DNA of 64,000 bases from Paraspadella gotoi (Eukaryota > Animalia > Chaetognatha): assembly GCA_051294375.1 (NCBI GenBank), contig CM119268.1:15749103-15813102 (forward strand). The letters are read 5' to 3'. Of the stretch, positions 11,001 through 23,323 are shown piece by piece (position 1 is the first letter of the stretch; each line of letters opens with the position of its first letter). Position numbers and translations under genes: made by a program. The notes under the pieces were generated by a model. The model did not search any database, was not told where the DNA came from, and saw only the letters and a list, made by a program, of their open reading frames with translations.

Positions 11001-13366
11001 AAATACAAAAAAATAGGGGAAAAAAATAATGGGTAAATCGTTCTTTTCTTCCGCCTTAGTTCGGCTCTTCCTCCGATAGCCTTTTTTGCAAATAGGCGGA
11101 CCAACGATCAAGGATTTGGCTGGTCGGGTTTTTCGAGAGGTCGACGAGGGTCCAGTGTCCCCCGGTTGAGTTGATACACTTCGGTTTGAGGACGTCGAAG
11201 TATATCGAACTCACCCTGTTGAAAGGTGAAACCGCCATTAACTTTAGCACAAAAACCCGTGATTTTAATCCTTAATAATGGAATCCTTGTCAGCGAGAAG
11301 GGGATCCAAACACTGAAATTAACCCCGAACCGATTGTCAACCAACGTTCCCCCCCTCCTCCATTATTCCCTCCAACTCTAACTCTCTCGCCGAAGGTTCG
11401 CGCAGCTTGTCAAGACATCCGCGGAAGGTGGAATCGCAGCTGCAGTCCGAGAGCGTGAAGGTGCCATCGTTTTTAACACCGTTCTTGCTTTCGCCGGCCA
11501 TGACGTAGTTTTGACATCCGTCGTGATCCCGACAACAGAGGTCCAATTGCTTGTCGGAGCCCAAATCCGATTCATTTGCGGCTGGAATCAAATTTACTGC
11601 TTATTCTGGGAGAGAGAGGAGGGAGGGGAAAACTAAAAGAGAGTGAGAGAGAGAGAGAGAAAGAAGAACGGTACCCGAGTTGCCTTTGCCGCACCACTTG
11701 GTTCCCGGCATCGTGACGTTTTGAAACCGGAGTCCCGCGGAACTCATCACTTTCAAGACCGTCTTCGCGAAATCCGAAACGCCGTCTGAAGTCAGTTTTT
11801 TTTATTTATTTTCATTTGATTACATTCCCTTGGTTAGCCGCCACAAATCACTAGAGATTAACCCGTTTCTCGTTCTTTGTGAAGAGGACGATGAATCGAA
11901 AGCGTTGAAGAGATCGTGAAAACCAAAACGAAGGAAAATAACAACGCCCGCATTTTTTGGGGGTTAAGATAAAACGAAAAAGTTTGGCTATGATGGAAAA
12001 ATTACGATACAAAGTTTGGAGAAAAAACTTACGAAAAAATGAGGGAATTACGTATTTTTCGAATTCAATGTCTACACTCTACATATATTGAAGAATAAAA
12101 TAGTTGGGTATGAGGCGACTTATTTTCGTCTTCTACAGGTAGATAAAATAACAGTAAAGAGAAATTTAAAATAAATTTGCATTCAAGGTCATGTATTTTC
12201 AAATTACCTCGTCTGACTGGAAGCCGAATTCGGTCTGATTGGTAAGTTTAAGTTTCCGGCTTCGATGAAGACTTCCCTTTGTTCGGCGGATTCTTCGGAA
12301 GGAATCAAAGACGGCGACCGTAAGTAACGCGCTGTTAAAGAGAGGGAAAAAAACGCCAGGTCGCCTAAGTAACCGTTGTCTAAAATTTGACTTACACGAG
12401 AAAAAAAAAGATTAACTATTTTGGGACTTCCAAGACGAAACCGGACGCGGGACTTCGCACGAAACCGACAACTATCAAAGATTGTTTTTTTTTTAACCTT
12501 TTCCATTTGTTAATATTAATACTAATAATAATTAATTAGCAATACAATTAAGTAAAAAATTAAGACTAATTGATGTCCGGTTGATCATGCCATGGGTTAA
12601 ACATTTTCACTTGACCAATACCGTATTGAATACGCTAGATATAACCTTTTGTCTAATTAGTTGAAATATCCGGTCATTAACTCGAAAGTCCTCCTTTTGT
12701 ACCAAGAGTGGCGAGATTTCGATTCCGTGTTTGGATTCTTATATTTTCTTCGATTTTAGTTGTATTATTTATGCTAATGCCAAATCATGTCATGTTTTCC
12801 GGCGTATCTCGACACTCAGTCTCTCTATATTTTTCTTCCATAAATTTTAACACCAAGTTTTTTTGTCCCGTTTCGCCTTTCGGCACCACTCAATGCTATT
12901 TTTCGCACTCTGCCTTTTCTTTGAATACTTAGTTAGGTAAGATATATTTAGATACACTTAGACACTCTCAATTACCCATTACAACTTAATGTTATCTTTT
13001 CTTATGTTAACAATCGATTGTCGATTAGACTTTGCCAGAAAATTTGGCCTTTTCAATCACGCCTGCGCCATCTCTCGGCCGACCTTCCTCAGAATTCTGC
13101 CCCTCAGCGCCGACTTCTGACGGCTGCCGGACTCGAATCCTCGGACTTCTCATCCGGTCGGCATCGTCGTCCTCCGGCGGCCGAAGACCCTCGTCCGGCA
13201 GCGTCATCTCGTTCGGCGGTAATCGCGGCGAAGTCACTGACGACGACGATCTCCCCGGTGTCAACGGCATCTGGAGGTTGATCGAGGGTTTACGCAAGTT
13301 GTTGGCGTCGTTTTCTTCGACTGCTTTGTCGGCGGCGTCATTTTCAAGATCGTCTAAGGAGGAAAA

Positions 13367-13406
<40 letters not shown>

Positions 13407-13654
13407 GGAAAGTAACAAGTTTTATGGTTCGAGACAGTTGATCCGAAAGTTTAACTTAAGCTTAACTTAAGTTAAGGACGGAAAGAAAAAGAAAGAAATA
13501 AAAAGATAAATATGGAGTATGAAATTAAAAAAAAATATTAAAAGAAAAAAGGACAGAAACAGAAAAAAAGGAGGTCCTTACCTCCAGATTCATTTTCGGA
13601 ACTCTCCTCGTTTTCTAAAATCTCCTTGTCAAGCGGTTCTTGTTTATCACCCAT
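8021..13654 (-). CDS. stum/SPEC3-domain membrane protein with long Pro/Ser-rich disordered N- and C-termini, 6 exons, ~576 aa
   Basis: Exons 13654-13582, 13353-13084, 12331-12208, 10514-10261, 10198-9965, 8796-8021 chain in phase (1731 nt). Core WRGSIPCMPRKLAIFLCICNLLVPGLGTFLSGW...NMWVSFLQLITTFIFLAGWFWSLYWA resembles the stum/C1orf95/SPEC3 motif (AIP.MP...A..C...N...PGLGT..S..GW..S..WG). The three upstream exons are assigned by phase and splice signals only; the exon-2 donor is uncertain. Confidence 0.8.
10850..10971. repeat. Perfect 33-bp inverted repeat with 56-bp spacer (mini MITE-like hairpin)
   Basis: ATTAGAGACAGTTTGAGTTTAATTTTGACAACG (10850-10882) is the exact reverse complement of 10939-10971. 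Confidence 0.85.
11056..11953 (-). CDS. Group III (bee-venom-like) secreted phospholipase A2, 4 exons, ~186 aa
   Basis: Exons 11953-11863, 11785-11675, 11581-11383, 11215-11056 (561 nt, in frame). Signal peptide MRALLFSFVLVFTISSTLS; Ca-loop PGTKWCGKGN; catalytic DLCCRDHDGC; LSDCSCDSTFRGCL; VSSIYFDVLKPKC. Confidence 0.93.
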
Positions 13655-14182
13655 GACAATGTATAATTGTATGCATTTAAATGTAGTATTACCAATTTTT
13701 ATTTACTAAAGCAAAACATCAAGATTGCCTGGATTCCTGCATGTTCCATGCTTAGGTCAGCGCCATGGAAGCGGCGCCATGGCACGAGATGGAGGAAGAG
13801 CAAGAGAAAAGGAGGAGAGGAATAGAGAAAAAGGAGAGAGAGAGAGAGAGAAAAATGGCGATCAGTGGTAATATGGAAAACGAAAAAGAATGATAAATGA
13901 ATAAATGAATGAACTGACTTTATAGTTTATTGCGTTATACCAAATCACTTTGGCCATTTACCTCTTGAAAGCTGTGTTCATTGTAACTGTGTATAGCAAT
14001 TGATTATCATTATAAATTTAACTTTTACGTAGCTAGCTTGATTGAAAAAATTTCTTACAATTTTTTCCGTATTAAAATTTCTTAAGACAAAATAGGACGT
14101 CCATTTTATTTTTGAAAACTGTAAAATGATAAAGATACGTATACTAATTCTTTCTTAGACAGGAGAGGAGCAGCCCCTTATA

Positions 14183-17100
14183 TCAAACAATGGCCGGTCG
14201 CAACAACATTTCAGTCGCGCTGACCAAGTAATCGGTAAACAAGATCTTGAGAACCCCGGATTCATCCTCGAACCGGTTGCAGTTGAGGCAGACGAAGGAG
14301 AAGAGATGAGAACCGCATTGTTGGTACCACCAACCTCCGGAAGAATAATTGGCACAGTGCTCGGCGGAAGGATCGTTGTCTCTGTCTCTGTGATAGAATG
14401 ACAGAGAAATAGTTTGTTCAATCGCATATATTCTCTTTTAAAAACGTTTAACTTATTTTTTCTATGTGTGCAACCTGGCGGAAAACGGTTGGCCAGAAAT
14501 ATAGTAAGCGTAGAGCGTCGGCAAAACTGTCGTCGTATTTAGTTCAATCGGCGTTTCTGTGTATTCTATGGTATAGTTTGTAGTCGAATTCTCTATCTAA
14601 AAGAAACAGAAATGTAGAAACTTTTATTATACGTATTCAGGAAAAAAAAATGTTCGGAGAGTTTCGGCTTTACTTGAAAATCTTCGTATATTTCGTACTC
14701 TTGATATTCAGTCGAAATAGGAAGAAGATCGCGATACGTTATTTTGATCATTAAATGCCATGAACCGACAGAAGTGATCTGTTTTAGATTTAAACAAAAA
14801 GGTAACTTGAAGAAAAAAATTAATATTTCACTCAACTCCAATCTGTAAATCCGTTCCATTTCGCGAGCAACCTGATAAAGATTCTCCAGCCCCAGCCAGA
14901 ACTCTCCGTCTGTCGTCGGGTCGCCGAATCCCCAGACGTAGTCGTCCCAAACGGCATCGTCAAAGAGCGTGAGTCCGACTTTGCCCGGGTGATGGCGCTG
15001 AAATCGTAGCCAGGTTCCGTTGTCAACCGCAGTAACGTTATCGCAATAATCACCCGTGCAATCGAAGTTCCACGGAACGGTCACATTGTCGAAGGAAAAA
15101 ATAAACGACGGCTCCCAGATGCAAGAGTAGAAATCAGGTTCGCAGGAGACGTTCTCAAATGTAAAGTTTGAAGTCGTGTCATTTGTTGTCAATTCCGTCA
15201 TCTCTTCTGTCGCAGTATCCGTTGATTGTTCCGCTATCAATGTCGTTGTTTCTATAGCTGTAGTCAACGTGGTTGATATTGTTCCTGTCGTTTCTTCCCC
15301 AGTTGTAGTCTCCGCCATTGATGTTGATTCAGTTGTTTCCGATGTTAAATCAGAAATCATTGTTGTCGTTTCAGTTTGAAATTCCGTCGTTGCGGCCCCA
15401 GTTGTTGTCTCCAGCATTGATGTTGATTCGGTTGTCTGAGATGTAATATCACTAGTCAATGTTGTCGTTTCACTTGTAGAATCTGATGTTGTGGTATCCA
15501 TCATTGATGTTGATTCAGATGTGGTTTCAGTCGTTATTTCTGTCACATTGTCGGTGGCTGCAGTATCCCCAATCCATGTTGTAAGTGTAGTTGATTCAGT
15601 AGTTATTTCATTAAATGTAGTTGTTTCCAAAGCTTCTGTTGTTGTCGCTGCTTCGGAGGTATCGGAAGTGATTGATGTTGGATTAGCAGTCGTGCTCTCC
15701 ACCGACTCAGCTGGTCCTAAAGTGGGCATTTAAAAATTTCTACTTACAGGAAAATAAAATTCGGCATCAGTTTTACTAAATTTGCTTTGATATTTTCAAA
15801 TAACCATTTTTAAAATATTTATAAAAGTGTTTTTATTCACTACTATGTCAGTCTATGTGTAACATGTTAACAAAGTTATATTTACTAACTTTTTTAAAAA
15901 ATTTTGTTACGTGTTTTTGTACCAAATTTTAGCTTAAAAAATTACAATTTAGCGCCAATTCACAAGTTCGTGCAGAATGGTTTTGGAACTACTAAATTAT
16001 TCAGAGTCAAACCGTAACCGCTCTACAAACAACCCCTAAGTTAAAGCTATGCTCAGGGCGAATCATCCCATGACCCATGGGGGGGCTGAAAAAAATATAA
16101 TAATTGGAAAAAATTTTTGCAATTATTAAATGATCATGACAGAGTTGGAGTTTAAAAAAAAAAATCAAATTGGCTATATTTTCCAAAAGCTTAAACTCGA
16201 AATTAGTTTGTTTTTAAGATTTAATTAAGATTAGATTAGGGTTTCGGGTTAAGGATTAGGGTCGGGGATTTGGTTGAGGGCTTAGATTTTAGAATTAGGC
16301 ATGTCATTGGGCATTGTGCCAAGTTCATTCAACTTACAAACTTTACTCTTTCAATTATAACCTGGTAGCTTATTGAATAAAACTATCAGCCCATGAACAT
16401 TAGTTACCAGGGCGCCTTTAGAAAATAGTGCCACGAAATTAATAAAATCGTTTCGCCTAAAGACATTTTCTCACCTGTCGTCATTGTGTTTGTTGTTGGG
16501 GAAATTGTCTCGTCAATTGTTGTTGTTGCTGATGTAATCGAATCCATTGTTGTTGTCGCTGTAGTTGTATCTTCTGTAGAAGTTGCTGTCGTATCAGCAT
16601 CCGTTGTTGAAGTCGATAAATCCGGTGTTGTTAAATCTATTAAGCCTGTCGTCATAAAAGTTAAATGATTTGTTGTTGTTGATGATAACCTTTTTGATAA
16701 CCTCCTACACTGTCGGAGTTTCTGTTTATGTTTATGATTATTTATGGTGCTGACAACAAGTTAATCTCGGATCTCGAATATCAAAACTTTGATTAACATC
16801 TTTCCTTCAATGTTTAGTTGTTTACCTGTTGTCATAGCAGATGGTGTGGTTGAACTTCCTATAGTAGTTATTGAGGTTGTGGTCGAAGCATCAGTTGCTA
16901 GAGTAGTATATGTATCTGAGGTTACCTCCATTACTGTTGTACTTTCTGGTGTAGTTAACGTAGATGAAGTAGCAGCATCTGTGGATACTGTCGTAGCTTC
17001 TGTAGTTGTGGACGTGGTTGGTAAATCTGGGGTAGCTGTGGTTGTATCAGTCGCAGTTGTACTTTCTGTCGTAGTAAGTGGAGTTGTAGAAGCATCTGTG

Positions 17101-18689
17101 GATACTGTTGTAGCTGCCGTAGTTGTGTACGTAGTTGATGAATCGGTAGTATCAACTTGTGTGGTTGTCGTGGTTGCAGGTGTACTCCACGTATTGGTCG
17201 TAGCTGATTCTGTGGTGTCCATTAAAGTTTCGGATGTAGTTGACTCCGTTGTCGCCGATGAGACTGTAGGAGTTTCCGTTTCCGCCGTAGTTGTAATTAA
17301 TGTTGTGGTTGGGCTTGACTGCGATGTGGCAGCTTCAGTGCTTGACAAATCCGTAACTGCTGTGGTAAAAACTGTTGCTGTTGCAAATTCTGTTAGTGTT
17401 GCTGATGATGTGGCGGCCGTAGTCGTGATTTCCGTTTCGGTTGTTGGTCGTACTGTAGTCGCAATTGTGGAAGCTGTAGTAGCTGTGGTAGAATCCATGA
17501 TTGTAAAGGTTGGAACTTCCGTGATCTCTAGTCGCTTCAGCTCCTCGAGAATTTGCGTGATGTTGCGAACGATGTTTGACAGGTTCGTCTCCACGTTTTT
17601 CGTCAAATTTTCAAGGTTGTCCTCCACCCCTAGTGATAGATGCACCTAATAAGTATATAAGAAAAAACGCAACGAATCATCGAGCCTGCCTTACCCTGAT
17701 GCCTCTTTTCGGACGCCCTAGTCGCCGCCTCCATACTGGCGTTGATCCCTGGCAGCGTCTCCTCGACAATTCGGCTTAGTCTCCCCTCGAAATCGTCCTT
17801 CCAGGAGGTGGCGTTGCCGACGAAAGCCTCGAATAGCTCGTCCACCGTCTCAACCGTCTTTTGTAGATCATCGAGTCGCGTTGAAGCGCCGGCAAAAGAT
17901 TCGTTGGAAGCCGTTGCCAAATCGGTCAAGGTCGTCTCAACATGGGTCCTTTGGGGGCGGGAAAGCAAATTGTTGGACGGAACCTACGGAAAAAAAAAAC
18001 CACAGAAAAAAAAGGGAAAAAACCGAAAGTCGTCTTGACGCAGAGTCAGCGCCTCCAATGTCTCGTTGATTCTTGCCACAGTATCCGCCGCTGCCGACGC
18101 GTTGGCTGCGAGCTCCGCCACGCGCGTCTCCAGAGAAGCGACTCGAGACTCGAGGGAGGAGAAGACGGCCAAATCCGACGTCAGGTTGGATTGTTTGGTC
18201 GACAAAGCGTCGAGGAGGCCGCGAAATTCGGTCAGGTTAAGCTGTTAAAAAAACGCAACTGGGATGATTGAAATTGTATTTGTGAACCGGGTAGTTAAAT
18301 AAATAAATAAATAAATATTCATGCGATGTTCATCATCGACCGTCCGACTGACCTTGATTTCTTTAAAGTCGACTTCGTCCTGAGATCGAAAATGTCGCAA
18401 GGCTTTCCGGTTGGACTCGCAGCACGTCAATCGAGCGAGCGTCACGACGTACGGGTCGCTCGGTATGACTTGACAAAAATTCTGAGAAAAAAAAGATTAG
18501 AGGTGAAACGTGATTTTACCGCGAAAAAAGTATTTCTATTTCGTGTTTACGTTTATTTACTTGAAATTCGGAACCAAATTCGATCGAGTCAACGGAACAA
18601 TTAAAACCGTGTATCCTCCTAATCGCAAACAAATGAAGACAAAGGAATACGAAAAAAGAGGTGCACGTAGCTTTGTTTATTAACAACAT
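14183..18689 (-). CDS. Secreted fibrinogen-related protein: signal peptide, Cys-containing N-terminus, coiled coil, Thr-rich mucin stalk, C-terminal fibrinogen (FReD) domain; 10 exons, ~993 aa
   Basis: Exons 18689-18561, 18481-18353, 18241-18024, 17948-17695, 17629-16826, 16645-16475, 15716-14872, 14778-14674, 14596-14475, 14387-14183 (2982 nt, in frame). FReD motifs GTWLRFQR, WDDYVWGFG..GEFWLGLENLYQIT, FSARDRDND..HCA..SGGWWYQQC, TEMLLRP. Confidence 0.88.
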
Positions 18690-19713
18690 TATAATTTAAT
18701 TGTAAATTTGTTCATTTAAAACAATTGATATGACGTGTCGATGGAATCGGAATTAATGAAATCGGATGAGGTAATGGAGAGATCTGAGATCGCGTGCACG
18801 ATCCTATCGAATTTAAATGGGATTAAGCTACTCAAATTTATGCATATAACTCGAGCTAGAGTCAGACTTTTTCAAAATTTGCGGATTTTGACTATTAATA
18901 CTGCTAAATTAATTGTACATCTCTTTAACGGATTATTGTATCCGCCAAATAATTGACGAGACGGGTTGTTTGAGCTTATTGACGAAATCTGATCGAGAGA
19001 CTTCATACATCTATCTCAGAATAGTAAAGTTTTTTGGATAAGTAGCTGAAGAAAATTGAAATTATGATACAGTAGATAATAATCATTATTATTGTTTTAT
19101 ATTTCTGAACAGAATCTGTTCAGAATTTTATCTTTTGTTTTTATTTTGAGAAAACTCAAGATGTCACGTTTTAAAGGACAGCTGAGCCTCCTTGTCTTAT
19201 TTTTCAACAAAATACAAGTTTTAAAAAAGAAATTTGGAACTTGTGAAAAAAAAATCGGTAAATTGATGCAAAAATACCACAAAAATATTAGAAGAGGAAA
19301 AAGAGGAAGAAAAGTAAGTAAATAAAAAAGTAAGTAAATCGAAAGAAAGACGTGCCTGCTGGAGAAAGCGTAAATTACTAAATTTATTTTAAGATTAACA
19401 AGCTTACAAACTTCAAGATTTTAAAGCTTACAAACAGTGGAAAAAGAAGGCATGGAAAATTTAATAACTAGGAAAAGATAAGTCGAAGGAACATATTTTA
19501 TTAAGAGTGCTTTTCTTACTTATAATAATTATTTTTAATGTCATAGTATTAATATTACTTAGATTTTATTGATTATTTCTGAGCATCTCTAAGACCACCG
19601 GCCAGACTATCGACTTAGAGCTGTCTTAAAACGATAAATCTCATACATCGATGGGTTCTGAAAAGAACAATAGTTTCTCATGCACGAGCAAACTAAGAGA
19701 GAGAGAGAGAAAG

Positions 19714-19756
<43 letters not shown>

Positions 19757-20178
19757 AGCATCTGGAACCGGAAGGTGGAAAGAAATCCAAAGACTTTTTT
19801 CCTCATGGCCGTTTCCCTTTTCTTTTTCTCTTCCGTGAGATCTCACCGTCGGCGGGCAAGCGAGTGAGATTTGTGAGAATCACACTTTCGCAAAGTCCTG
19901 CCTGCTTTTTCACAATTTTGCGTCTGCCGCGTGCACTAAAAGGTGAATAATGCTGTAAAACCTAACTTGATATTAGTTCATCCGAATTCTTCAGCTTTAT
20001 TTAAAAATGCAGAGAGGTACAATATATATTTTTTCTTTAGTTTCTTCAAACATTTCTTCAGTGAGAGTAAAGCCGTCGGAGAAATGAAAAGAATAATAAT
20101 TATTCAAGCAACGCGATCGTCGCTATTACGGTAAATGCCCCCTCACTCTCTCACTCTCTCTCTCTCTCTCTCTCTCTC

Positions 20179-20257
<79 letters not shown>

Positions 20258-20373
20258 CCTCTCTCTGCCTCGGACTCTCGATGAGGAATTTCTTCGCTCA
20301 TGTTTCCCGATAATCTACGACTTTGCGATTCTTTATGGCTTTAATTGTCCCCTCTCGCTCTCGGGAGAGAGAG

Positions 20374-20439
<66 letters not shown>

Positions 20440-20521
20440 AGTACTAAGCACTCAAATAGAATGTTACATTATTAGATTAATTTATAATATTAAAAGTTTC
20501 CGAAAAAGCGCAACTACACAG

Positions 20522-21133
20522 TAAGGCGTAGTAAAATTTCTAAATTTAACTTTAATTAAAATTCTAAAAATGAGGAACGAACAACATTATATTAATGAAC
20601 ATTTATGTATTAAAAAAATTTATAATAAATTTTACAATTTACGCAGTAGGCCATATTTATACTAGTACTAAATCAATAAATGTTAAAATTTCAAAATAGA
20701 TTTTTGTAGGATTTTTTTACAGATTTGGATTCGTCATGAAAAGTTAATATAATGAAATATAACTATTTTTGAAAAATTCCTTCATTAAGTGGGTCAAAAA
20801 TTAGAAAAAGCTATATTTTAAGCTGAAAATTAACTTTTTATATATTAAATATAGTTTTTTAAATTTTTAACCCACTTAATGAAAGAATTTTTAAAAATGA
20901 TTTATATTTTCTTATATCAACTTTTGACGAGGAATTCAAATCTGCAATCAAAATTAAGAAAAGCTTATTTTGAAATTTTTCGATTTTATAAGGATAGTAC
21001 TATATATAAATATAGCCTACTGCGAAAATTAAAAAACATAAAATTAGTTTTTTTTACAAATTAATGTTCACTGATGGTATGTTGTTCATAATTGACTTTT
21101 AGAATTTTCGTATGTAACTTTCACTACGCCTTA
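20522..21133. mobile_element. Foldback-type MITE (612 bp) with 8-bp TSD
   Basis: Termini TAAGGCGTAGT...ACTACGCCTTA; duplicated CTACACAG at 20514-20521 and 21134-21141. Imperfect inverted symmetry continues ~300 bp inward (e.g. CGCAGTAGGC/GCCTACTGCG, TTCATTAAGTGGGT/ACCCACTTAATGAA). Confidence 0.85.
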
Positions 21134-21675
21134 CTACACAGTATTAAAGTTTAAAATAGAAAAAAAGTATGGGTTTTCTGCCTAACATCTACAGAAACCA
21201 ATTTTTTTGGGCAATAGTTTAAAGTAATTAACCGCAATCAGTATCATAAATCTTACTCGATCATCGAAAAAAAAAGAAGGTGATAGCTTCGAACGGCTGA
21301 CCCAACGAGATTACAGTGTTAAGATTCATCACGTCTCATCCTGAAAACGCAACACCCCGCGACACTCCAACCCTTTTTCGATCGTTCACTCCACCACCCG
21401 CTCTTCCTCGCCACATCCCCCCACTTTCTGCTCGCGAGTCCAGCGTCATCCGGAGCCATCTTCTCGAGGCGCGGCGCAAGCGCAGCTGTCCGCCTTTTGT
21501 CTCCATTTTTTATCCGGAAAAAGAAAGAATTGAAAGGATAAAAAATTATAGAAAAGGAGGGGGGGGCGATGGAGGGGCGCAGGGGGGGTGGGGCGGGAAG
21601 AGGATGGCGGCTCGTGCGTGGACCTCGGAAGGAGAAACGTATGAAGAAACTCTCCGTTAGAAGCGATGGAGAAGC

Positions 21676-21771
<96 letters not shown>

Positions 21772-22106
21772 ATTGAAAGTTGAAATAGAAAGGTGGAAGG
21801 AATAAAAGATCCTCAGAGGAAACCAGGAAATGAATGGGTAGAAAAGAGAAAAAAAAATACTGTGTCTGAGAAGGAATTATTCATTAAAATGAAGAAAACA
21901 ATTGAACTTGAAAAAGAATAAGTATACTTAAGAATTACAAATAAAAATCGTTGTCATTTTGTAAAGAAGTAGGTAAATTTTTTTTTATAACGAACTCATT
22001 TAACAAAGGTTTTTTAAAGAATAAAGAAAAAGAAAAAAGAAAACGACATGTCTGGGCTTCTGAGAATAAATAAAGGATAAGGACCTGGTATGGAAATCCA
22101 TCCTCA

Positions 22107-22260
<154 letters not shown>

Positions 22261-22762
22261 CGCAGAAGGGGAACTCGCCCTCTTGATGTTTAGATTATTC
22301 TCATTTTCTTTCTTTCCATCTTTTTCTTTCACTTTCTTTCTTTCTTTCCATCCCTCTTTCCTCTCGTTTTCTTAGGCCGTAATTCTTTCCGACGCCGGCG
22401 ATGGATGAGCGTCGTTATCGAGCCCGACTGGGCGGACGGAGGGTCTGAAAGTTTTGTCGTTGTTGTTGTTGTTCAAACGTAAATACAAACTGTTTTTAGT
22501 TACAACCCCCTATTATAAAATGTTCGTACGAGTTAAAAAAAGGAGTATATGAAAAGGAGAATATATACCATTATCTTATAATAATTTATTTATTTTTTTT
22601 CAGCTTTATCTTATCATAAATAGCTAATTAATAAAATAAATAAGAATATCTTATATCATTTTTTTTTGTCGCCAAGGTTATTTTCCTTTTTGTTTGCGGT
22701 CGAATGAGTTCGCCGGTGTTTGCTCGGAGGCGCCGTCGGTTGCGCTGCTATTATCGTCATCG

Positions 22763-22802
<40 letters not shown>

Positions 22803-23245
22803 TCGTATTCTTGACGTTGATCTTCTTCTTCCTCGTTGTCATCGATAATTGAGAATAAGTCCAGCGTCGTCGTCTTTTGTTTTTGTTTTTCATCTGTTTT
22901 ATTAATTACACTCCAGGCTTAACGAACGTCTTGTTTACAGACTTCTCCTCCATCGCTGTTTTAACTCCCCCACCGCTTTTGCCGCACTCTTCCACAACCT
23001 ACCCCTTTCTTATTCGTCAACCCCGTTGTCTGCCTGACTCTCTCTCTCTCACTCTCATCTCTCCGTCTCTCCTCATCATCTCTTCTCTCTCCTCTCCTCT
23101 CTCTCTCTCTCTTTCTATTTCTCCCTCTCCCTTCACCATCGCTATGGTGCAAAGGCGTTGCACTCTGAGACAATCCTTTGCAGAGAATAACGTTGGACAA
23201 TTCCCACGACTCTCTTCTCTCTCTTCTCTCCCTCTCCTTCTCTCT

Positions 23246-23323
<78 letters not shown>

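Noticed and set aside
11337-11382. Apparent frameshift/premature stop suggesting a PLA2 pseudogene
   Set aside because: Resolved by a phase-2 GT-AG intron 11382-11216 giving CLDKLREPSAREVSSIYF.
16228-16300. Degenerate TTAGG/TTAGGG-like run (also 3473-3495)
   Set aside because: Too few and too degenerate units to call interstitial telomere; probably repeat debris.
16789-17649. 286-aa Val-rich plus-strand ORF (also 15176-15379, 15491-15733, 16486-16668)
   Set aside because: Antisense mirror of ACN-rich Thr codons of the mucin exons; no independent gene signals.
17984-18023. 40-nt micro-intron using the TAG acceptor at 17984
   Set aside because: Out of phase; the AAG acceptor at 17949 (75-nt intron) keeps the frame.
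21960-21972. Partial match to miR-1 (TGTAAAGAAGTA); similarly CGTCTCTACAG at ~61599 to miR-993
   Set aside because: Seed regions absent and no precursor hairpin.
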